Shown: piece after piece, positions 57,501 to 64,000 of the stretch
Layout: every line of letters begins with the position of its first letter
How positions within the stretch are numbered: the stretch's first letter is position 1
Assembly: GCA_965263035.1 (NCBI GenBank)
Contig: OZ253580.1
Span: forward strand, 2,496,001-2,560,000
Direction of reading: 5' to 3'
Source: Acidobacteriota bacterium
Lineage (GTDB): Bacteria; Acidobacteriota; UBA6911; RPQK01; JAJDTT01
Length of the DNA: 64,000 nt
Program-made: the position numbers and the translations under genes
The notes under the pieces: model-generated
The model's database searches: none
What the model saw: the letters and a program-made list of their open reading frames with translations, nothing else
What the model was told of the DNA's origin: nothing

Positions 57501-60350
57501 CAGATCCACCGTATGAACTCCATGCTCGCCTTCGATGACGGCCGCTGTCGCGAAGTCGTCATTGGCGGGGCGTTCGATCATTCCCGAGCCGCCGCTTCCG
57601 CCGGAGGCGACTTCCACCGAGACGGACGCCCCCTTGGCATTCCAGGCGCTCGCCGTGAAGTAAAGACGGACCGGATCCGCTTCCCCGCCGGACGAAATGA
57701 CGAACCGGACTTCCTGGGTCTCGCCGGCGGCAATCTCGCCGAGCGGGATCGACGAACCCAGCGGGATCGGAGAACCTGCAGGAATCGGCGGCAGCGGAGG
57801 AACCGAAGGCGCCGGCTCGTCCGATACCCGGGGAGGGACCGCCGATGCGAGTTCATCCGACAGATCGACCCAGATCCCGTCCTCGCGAGACACCGCCATG
57901 GAGCGGATCCGGATCTGCTCGCACCCGGAGGCCTCCCCCGTGTCCCGGCAGTCCAGGTGCAGCCGGCTCCCGGCCGCCACGTACTGGTCCGCCGTCACCG
58001 TCAGGTTCAGCTCCTGCTCCCCCTCCCCCGCCAGAATGGTTCGGTCGGTGTCGATCATCAGGCTCGGGGTGGATGCGCCCCGGATCACCGTCCACGCCAG
58101 CCCCGCCCGGGGAGGCGCGGTGTAGACCCGCCGCGCCACGATCTTCGCCCGGTACCTGCCCGGCTGCGGATTCCTCAGGATGATCCATTCCACGTTGTCC
58201 ACCCGGGACACGGAAGAATGCTCTCCGCACGCTCCCTCGCCGCAATCTCCGTCCCGGTCCAGCCACAGGTCCAGATCGTTCAAGACCGTGCTGGCAATGG
58301 TGTCCGCCGGGGGTTCGTCCCAGGTCATCACCAGGTCGAGACGGCTGGCGCCCTCGGGCACCTCGATGTCCTGGAAGGTGAACTCTCCCTCCTGCAGCTC
58401 GGCAACCGCACCGCCGCCGATCCAGCCGTCCGCCCCGTCCCGGTTCAGGATGCCGGTGCGCGCCGACGCCTTGCCCAGCCCGTACTGCGCCTGCAGCGGC
58501 CCCGGCCCGCCGGTGTTGGTCGAGGGGAAGGCCTCGGGAGCGTCCAGCCACGGGTCCGGCCGGATCGCACCCGCCATCAGTCTCGCACGCGCCAACGCCG
58601 GATGTTCCCGGTGCTCCGGGGCCGCATCCAGCAGCAGGGCGGCTACCCCTGCCGTCGTGGGTGAGGCCATGCTGGTTCCGCTGATCGCCCGATACTCGCC
58701 ACGGCTCCCGCCACCGAGGGTCGAGTGGACGCGGACACCGGTGGCAACGACCTGAGGCGCCAGGCGTCCGTCCGCCGTGGGTCCGTGGCTGCTGAACGGA
58801 GCGATGTCGCCGCTGTCCAGGGCAGCTCCCACGGAGAGGGAGCTCTTGGCGGCTCCGAAGTCGGAAAAGCCATCGATCGATTCGTTCGACTGCGCAACGA
58901 CGTAGAGCTGGCGGTGGCCCCAGACGATGGAGTCGAGCTTGCGTTCGCTGATTCCCCGGCCCTCGAACGTCCTGGAGGAAGCGCCGAGGCTCATGTTGAC
59001 GATCAGGGGCTTGAGGGGTACGGATGCCTGGCCCGGTTCGGCGCACTCCGTCGCCTCGGCCAGGAAGTCCATCCCCCCCAAGATCCCGTCCAGTCCCCCG
59101 AATCCAAAACTATTGAGCACCCTCGCAAAACGGATGTGCCGCACCGACGGCGCCATGCCGGCGAAACGGGGCTGGACGGCACCGTTCCCGACCATGGTCC
59201 CGGTGACGTGGGTCCCGTGAGCGCCGGAATCGATCCACAGATCCTCGGCTTCTTCCGCGGGAGACGAGAACAAGGTGATCCAGGCGAGGTTGGCGCCGCA
59301 GATGCTCTCCCGGTTCGACGAGATGTCCAGGTGATTGATGTTGAGCCCCGAGTCCATGACGCCGATGGGAACCGAAGCGCCGCCCATGCCCGAGAAGATC
59401 CCGGGGGAGCCGCCGTAAGCACGCAACGCGTCCGCGCCCATGGCCGGAACGGACGTGTCGTGAGCCGCTTTGACAATGCTCACCGGCTCCACGGCCAGCA
59501 CGTAGTCCGCCGCGGCGATGGCTTCCACTTGACCGTAGGCTACGTTGGCCGCATACGCCCGCAGGTCCGGATCGAACCGGCCCACCACGGCGCCCAGGTC
59601 CTCCAACGCTCGCCGCCACCGGCCGTCGGGATCGTCCGCCATCAGGGTGATGAACACCGGCGTCTGTTCCTGAGAGGGGGCGTCCAACAGCTCGCGCGCA
59701 AACGCCTCCGGAAATTTCCGCTCCGGAGGTACGGCGCCCAGCCCATCGACTTCCGGCAGGGAAACGATCTCCTGCAGCAAGGTCGGATCACCGGGCAGTT
59801 GGGCTCGTACCAGGTTGCCTGAGGAACCGTGGGCTGTTGCTCCCAAGTCGGAGAGCGGCCCCGCTACATCCTCCGGCTTCGCATCGCCGGCCAGCCGGAT
59901 CCAGCCGAAGGACCAGTCCCGTCCCGCGTCGGCCGCCTGGGCGGCGAGCGCTTCGATGGACGTGGCCGGGTCCAGCCAGTCCGGACCGGGACGCGACGGT
60001 TCGTCTTCGATGTCGACCTCGCCGGCGATTCGCGCGCGGGGCATCTCCCCGTGGTAGGAGACGAAGGAATATCCGTCGGGCGGCGAGGGAGGCGTTTCCT
60101 CCACGGAACGGTCGAGGAGGGGCGGCGTTTCGGCAGTTCGGGGCGGGGCCTGGATCTGCGGTTCCCGGACGATCCCCCGGCTTTCGGCTTCGATTCGGGC
60201 GATGGCGGCGCGGGTCGCCATGGCCTCCCCGGCCAGGGCCGGCTTCTGCTCTTCGCCGGGCGCCATGTAGTAGGCGATCAGCCCCGACAAGCCCGCCGCA
60301 ACGGCCAACGGCGCCAGGACTCGGATGGTTCTCTTATTTGCTGTCCGCAT
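54528..60350 (-). CDS. Large S8 subtilisin-like serine protease with four repeated beta-domains and a C-terminal beta-propeller
   Basis: VMDSG, HGTHVTG, GTSMASP triad; NDLDL domain; four ND..A.A..L repeats; SPDGRHAYV propeller blades. Confidence 0.92.
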   Translation of the reverse strand: MRTANKRTIRVLAPLAVAAGLSGLIAYYMAPGEEQKPALAGEAMATRAAIARIEAESRGIVREPQIQAPPRTAETPPLLDRSVEETPPSPPDGYSFVSYHGEMPRARIAGEVDIEDEPSRPGPDWLDPATSIEALAAQAADAGRDWSFGWIRLAGDAKPEDVAGPLSDLGATAHGSSGNLVRAQLPGDPTLLQEIVSLPEVDGLGAVPPERKFPEAFARELLDAPSQEQTPVFITLMADDPDGRWRRALEDLGAVVGRFDPDLRAYAANVAYGQVEAIAAADYVLAVEPVSIVKAAHDTSVPAMGADALRAYGGSPGIFSGMGGASVPIGVMDSGLNINHLDISSNRESICGANLAWITLFSSPAEEAEDLWIDSGAHGTHVTGTMVGNGAVQPRFAGMAPSVRHIRFARVLNSFGFGGLDGILGGMDFLAEATECAEPGQASVPLKPLIVNMSLGASSRTFEGRGISERKLDSIVWGHRQLYVVAQSNESIDGFSDFGAAKSSLSVGAALDSGDIAPFSSHGPTADGRLAPQVVATGVRVHSTLGGGSRGEYRAISGTSMASPTTAGVAALLLDAAPEHREHPALARARLMAGAIRPDPWLDAPEAFPSTNTGGPGPLQAQYGLGKASARTGILNRDGADGWIGGGAVAELQEGEFTFQDIEVPEGASRLDLVMTWDEPPADTIASTVLNDLDLWLDRDGDCGEGACGEHSSVSRVDNVEWIILRNPQPGRYRAKIVARRVYTAPPRAGLAWTVIRGASTPSLMIDTDRTILAGEGEQELNLTVTADQYVAAGSRLHLDCRDTGEASGCEQIRIRSMAVSREDGIWVDLSDELASAVPPRVSDEPAPSVPPLPPIPAGSPIPLGSSIPLGEIAAGETQEVRFVISSGGEADPVRLYFTASAWNAKGASVSVEVASGGSGGSGMIERPANDDFATAAVIEGEHGVHTVDLLLATPEPGEPFFTARQGRPAGSVWYRWTAPADGAVRFNIHPPGELGDGRDDRVDVFSGDAIAALERVASDLWGAIFFAGEGETYRVRVSHRSRGTALDLRWSQGDRPVNDDLDRAAVLKGASGAVGGTSQGATLEPGEWFLVDAGTTWYRWTAPDDGWWRFSSDPTKRVFVFEGDGIPALRLVSQLPRSEAWFPAAAGNEYRIAVAAPSAQAPSGSYELSWDALVRVAVLDNDQRIGAIPLESVPSSQFFIGIDGMATVEPGEPAETGVRTRWWVWEAPEDGRYTWRLQDSFTYSYLRVTVFAGTSIEDLELVAQTPPNVVPSDFVFQATGGQRYWIAAGFPARSLLAYALRTAYATMIWGPTPGNDNLASATVLEEAAGSVSESNRFASTERGERTSMLGHSSLWWTYEAPADGWVRFWLDDPYSPWVLSVYEDRTDGSGSIEFVRSSHQPESIISDAVEIVFRGEAGSRYTIRLGARGAHPGGDFTLNWEETDPPVWLKYAGRLADGGRDANGASVRLRGPTNLVFNDRGTALYAASKLGLQVFERNSKTGGLASVQQLEDDGLEDSSLIWDPHRDRLYAHRCGTWRSFAPLDETQRKLEDEGTIPVTGGPPAAAECSTGVFGDLFLDGEGSFLNAVLPGADRLQVLALDTPGELPHVQTLEVPGLTRALISNGGSHVYAGTFRSLHVYERDAETGMLTDATKGMNPLFGLEALAITGDDRHLFVFHDDGQTTTVFDLEADPTDPSPLGTLRLTLSGPQIVPGFNQFPGFSPFLSRNRCGLAGARHGTPAVDVFCTDLAYDVEWRPGTDEAENGEGGPDGVQSGEVALTDYVSIRQPDRFNNPVPEFGETRSLATSPDGRHAYVDTADEGIVVFERVGADEVGLEDGSYTRLELLSVSPGQVTFGPISTSGCIGLEDAVIDGAHYAVVNSGWQTRASSDAEWADVEGTQSTGQLCAYTPSAPGEFRLAAEIRIDGELGRYASNEIRSQ

Positions 60351-60392
60351 AATCCACCTGCTTCTCTGACCCGAATTTCCTACCCGGGGCCT

Positions 60393-61814
60393 TCAATTCG
60401 ACGAAATGGAGACCTTGGAAATCGTCCAGTCCCCGTCCTCATCCCTGCTTGCAATGAGGGTGACCCGATACTCGTTGAGAGTCGCGTCTTCGATGTTGTG
60501 GCTCTGAACGTGACAGAGAATGATCTGTTCCATCCGCAGACAGGCCGTGCCGCTGGCGGCCACGGTAAACGTGCCGACGGTTTCGTCTCCGGCATCTCTC
60601 AGGTCGCATTTGCCTCCCGGTGGAATGACGCTCCCGGCGGCGCAGGCCTGGCTTGCCGGTTCGGTGACCGTGAGGGTTACCGAGTCCGTCGCCGTCTGTC
60701 CGTCCGCGCCTCGTACCGTGATGCGGTACGTCGTGGTGTCGGTGGGTGACACGGTCCGCGATCCCGACATCGGGACGGCGCCGATTCCTGGGGTGATCTC
60801 CGCGCTCTCGGCATCGGTCGAAGTCCAACTCAAGGTCGCTTTCTGGCCCCGTTCGATGGAGGTGGGGGATACCGTGATCCTCGCCGCCGGGCGCGTCGTA
60901 GGCTCACCGCCGGGGAAATGAATCCGGGTCGTGATGGGTACGCTGGTCACCGGGATCGAGCTGAAGAGATGCCCCGATTGAAGGAGCGCCATCGGATGGA
61001 CATCGAAGATCTCCTCCGGCTCATCGTCCTCATTCACCCGGCGAAGATGGAGGGTGCCATAGAAACGTGGCCCGACTTCGGGGAAGAGCTCGTGAACATA
61101 CTGCGCCATATGCTGGCCTGGTCCGAGTTCCAGAGTCCGGGTGGAACTATGGTCTGCCTCGGAGTCGAGGAGATACGCCTTCAGACGAGCCGTGCCGCCC
61201 GAACTGTTGGCCAACGCCAGCGCCGTTCTGGTGCGGGCCCCGTCGTCCTTGACCACCGGCAGGGAAAAAGCCGGAGTCGCCGCACTGGGCTCGACGCCGA
61301 CGATGGCGCTGACCTGCCGGGTATCGGGATCCATGAGACTGTAGACGGCTCCCCCTCCGATCCGCTTGCCGGAGGGAACCGACACGCTCGCCCAACCCAC
61401 CGTAATACTTCCGGACCCGCCGGTCTCCAGAAAGACCGATTGAGAGGCGGGGACGGTGACCGAGAATGAATCGCCCGACCCGACCAGTTCGTCCGTTCCC
61501 AATCTGTAGAGATCGACGACCATGCCCAAGCCGTCGGAACGCCGGAATCGGAGGGTCGCCATGAGTTCGTCCTCTTCGGCATTGGTGAGGAATATGGCGG
61601 TGGTGATTCCGATGCCTTCGCCGACGCCGTCCGCCACTTGCGGGAAAACGATTTCGTCGCCGGCGCCCGTGACGAACTGCTCTTGTCCCGCGAGCTCCTT
61701 GAGCGTGGCGAATTTCTGTTGCTGTGGCTCGGACGGCTCACCCTCGGCCAGGGTGAGCGCAAACCCCAGTGACAAGACCCACGGCATTGCCGCCACGGTC
61801 GTTTTTCGTGTCAT
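60393..61814 (-). CDS. Secreted protein with beta-sandwich domain pair and Ig/PKD-like domain
   Basis: GGAGG RBS, signal peptide, VFPQVADG..TTAIFLTN, SIERGQKATLSWTS. Confidence 0.85.
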   Translation of the reverse strand: MTRKTTVAAMPWVLSLGFALTLAEGEPSEPQQQKFATLKELAGQEQFVTGAGDEIVFPQVADGVGEGIGITTAIFLTNAEEDELMATLRFRRSDGLGMVVDLYRLGTDELVGSGDSFSVTVPASQSVFLETGGSGSITVGWASVSVPSGKRIGGGAVYSLMDPDTRQVSAIVGVEPSAATPAFSLPVVKDDGARTRTALALANSSGGTARLKAYLLDSEADHSSTRTLELGPGQHMAQYVHELFPEVGPRFYGTLHLRRVNEDDEPEEIFDVHPMALLQSGHLFSSIPVTSVPITTRIHFPGGEPTTRPAARITVSPTSIERGQKATLSWTSTDAESAEITPGIGAVPMSGSRTVSPTDTTTYRITVRGADGQTATDSVTLTVTEPASQACAAGSVIPPGGKCDLRDAGDETVGTFTVAASGTACLRMEQIILCHVQSHNIEDATLNEYRVTLIASRDEDGDWTISKVSISSN

Positions 61815-62067
61815 GTTTTTTCCTCCACCGGCGTTAGGTGTTGTATAGGGTAACAACTGAGGCGTGGTTGGTGAGGACCAGGGGGTGGATTAGAGGGTGG
61901 AACAGGCGCGATGTTTGGTCGCCGCGCCTGTTGCCTGCCACGAGGGTTTGTCAATCGTATCGCCAGGCGACTTTTGCCACGAGGCGCGGACTGCGACGCT
62001 GGAATATGTTGTGCGTCGTTGAAACGGAGGTTGCCGTCACGGGACGCCCGTTCGGGAGGCGATACGG

Positions 62068-62420
62068 ATGAACGCCTCGTTCGACACCCTCGCGGCCGCC
62101 CGCGAGACTGGAATCCGCGGCTTCGACGACAGGCAAGTGGCAGTCTTGTTGAAGGTCATGCGCAGTAGTGGAGAGTCCGCCGTTACGAAATCCGATCTCG
62201 CCCTCGTGAAATCGGAGTTCACCCGCATGGATGCATCGTTGCGGCGAGAGATCACCGCAACCAGAACTGAACTCCGGTCCCCGGTTGCCGAGTTGCGCGC
62301 GGAAATTGCATCCTCTGCGGCCGAGTTGCGTGGAGAAATCGCTACGGCCAAGGCGGAGCTCCGAGCGGGCATGAATGCCATGGCCAACAAGCTGCTCCTC
62401 TCTCAGTTACCCGTTGCCGG
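62068..62420 (+). pseudogene. DUF1640/CCDC90-like coiled-coil protein, C-terminal anchor cut by a REP array
   Basis: FDTLAAAR, VTKSDL, AELRxEI repeats; GGGAGG RBS; ORF continues through REPs to 62610. Confidence 0.65.
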
Positions 62421-62423
62421 GCG

Positions 62424-62570
62424 GGAGCGGCAGTTTTCTTGCCGCCGACCTGGAGCGGCGGTTTTCTTGCCGCCGACCTCCGGGGTGGACACAAGGCAAG
62501 TCGAGGAATGGAAGACAAGAATGGGCGACAAGAAAGTCGCCCCTCCCAGCGGGCGGCAAGAAAGTCGCCT
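62424..62570. repeat. REP cluster
   Basis: ggagcggc..ttttcttgccgccg x2 and inverted gggcg.caagaaagtcgcc x2. Confidence 0.85.
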
Positions 62571-62739
62571 GTACCCTTCTCGAGTAACCTTTAGGGGACT
62601 TCACCCATAGTGGGTGAAGAGGGCCAACCGGCCGGGAGCTACCGTAAAGTCGCAGCGCTCTCAGAGCACCTGGAGGGGACTCGTGCCCCGGCCGGTAGCC
62701 GCGATGGAGAACCTGTGGGAAGTCAGTGTCCCCTCCCAA

Positions 62740-63855
62740 TCAGCAGCAGACTTCGCGGATCATCCGGCCGTAGATCTCCACCGCTTCTTCGAGTTGCTCA
62801 ATGGAGATCCACTCTCCCACCGTGTGGGCCTGGGCGATGTTTCCGGGGCCCAGGACCACCAACTCTTCGACCTGGTCCTTGATCCAGATGGAGTCGGTTC
62901 CGTAGGGGACGGTCTCAGGTTTCCGTCCGCCGCTGGCCCGGGAAGCCAACTGCACGAGATCGGCGTCGGGAGAAACGTAGAAGGGACCCTTGAACGCCGT
63001 CTCCACCTCCAGGCCATGGGCTCTGGCCCTGCCGGCGACGATCTCCATCAGTTCCCGGCTCGCGTCACCGGGCATGGGCCGGAAGCCGATCTGGCAGGTG
63101 CTTCTGGCCGCGCTCACGTTGGGGCGGGTGCCGCCGTCGTCGAAGACCATGTTGAAACCGTTGGTGGGCGGATCGAAGTCCGTGTTCCGGTAGCGGGGAT
63201 CCCGTTTCACCTCCTTGGCCAGTTCGGCCATCTCGGCCAGGAAAGGAGCGATCAGAAAATTGGCCGAGGTGCCGAGGTCGGTGCTGGTATGGGCGGCTCT
63301 GCCGCAGGCCGTGGCCATGACCAGGACGCCTCCCTTGTGGGCGTAGACGGGCCGCAACTCGGTGGGCTCGGCCACAACGGCGTAGCTGGGCCGGGTTTCC
63401 TTGAAGAACCGGGATTCCCGGACCACCTGCTTGGCCCCGCCTCCGCCCACTTCCTCGTCGGCGGTGGCCATGACCAGCACCGGCTTCTTCAGAGTCCCGG
63501 CGGCCACGGCGGCAGCAGCCATGGTGGCCGCCAGAGGTCCCTTCATGTCGCAGGACCCCCGTCCGGAAACCTTGCCGTCTCCCACCACCGGGTCGTACGG
63601 GTCCCAGTCCTCCTCCTGTCCCGGCACCGTGTCGGTGTGGGAGAAGAAGGCGAGCCCTCCCGTTCCCGATCCCTTCCGGCCGACGATGCTGACCTTGGTC
63701 TCCCCGTTTTCGTCCACGTAATCCAGGCGTTCGGTCTCGAAGCCGTGCTCGCGAAACCGCTCCTCGACCAGGTCGGAGACCAGAGAGTTGCTCCAGCGGC
63801 TGACGGATTTGATGGCGACGAGATCCCGGGTCAGGGAAACTGGGTCGAGGTTCAT
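62740..63855 (-). CDS. M20 peptidase / acetylornithine deacetylase (ArgE/DapE family)
   Basis: SHTDTVP, GRGSCDMKG, ADEEVG, AEPT, GRAAH, GPG..AQAHT..E. Confidence 0.92.
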   Translation of the reverse strand: MNLDPVSLTRDLVAIKSVSRWSNSLVSDLVEERFREHGFETERLDYVDENGETKVSIVGRKGSGTGGLAFFSHTDTVPGQEEDWDPYDPVVGDGKVSGRGSCDMKGPLAATMAAAAVAAGTLKKPVLVMATADEEVGGGGAKQVVRESRFFKETRPSYAVVAEPTELRPVYAHKGGVLVMATACGRAAHTSTDLGTSANFLIAPFLAEMAELAKEVKRDPRYRNTDFDPPTNGFNMVFDDGGTRPNVSAARSTCQIGFRPMPGDASRELMEIVAGRARAHGLEVETAFKGPFYVSPDADLVQLASRASGGRKPETVPYGTDSIWIKDQVEELVVLGPGNIAQAHTVGEWISIEQLEEAVEIYGRMIREVCC

Positions 63856-63914
63856 GCGAAGTTCTCCTGATCGATAGCCCGGCACCAGAGTCCGCTCGGC
63901 GCCTCCTCTTTCCT

Positions 63915-64000
63915 TTTTTCTCTTCTAAGAAACAAGGAGGGGCGACTTCCAGTCGCCCATTCCTCCATGCTCCACCGGAGTTCGGCGGTTGGAAACCGCC
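63915..64000 (-). repeat. REPIN-like doublet (runs off window end)
   Basis: Inverted near-copy of 54238-54327. Confidence 0.85.

Overview
GC-rich bacterial window. Gene content (Acidobacteria-type ISNCY transposase, large Ig/Fn3 surface proteins, LRR-metalloprotease, many small membrane coiled-coil ORFs) suggests an Acidobacteriota genome, possibly a host- or sponge-associated one; this is inference. Core content: four GT2 glycosyltransferases, a near-complete type II secretion operon (gspE-F-G-H-I-J-K-L-M-C-D) downstream of an ECF sigma/anti-sigma pair, a second ECF/anti-sigma operon, several large secreted proteins (a ~1920-aa Ig-repeat/Fn3 protein split by a 1-nt frameshift, a 1940-aa S8 protease, an Asp-box protein), a sulfatase-like membrane protein, and M23 and M20 peptidases. 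Repeats and mobile DNA are dense: a GGAG-tagged REP/REPIN family, five 161-bp MITE copies, two group II intron 5' remnants, an ISNCY remnant and decaying TA modules. Most notable: (1) the left end of an IS110 element at 1-251, missed by the ORF track, whose non-coding leader folds like a bridge RNA with readable guides matching the flanking REP and the element's own end; (2) REP arrays lying in frame in the cleavable leader regions of T2SS pseudopilins; (3) a recurrent GCRACYYT-N12-(G/T)CATCT ECF-type promoter in front of secreted-protein and sigma-factor genes; (4) a Gly/Tyr low-complexity insert in the secretin.
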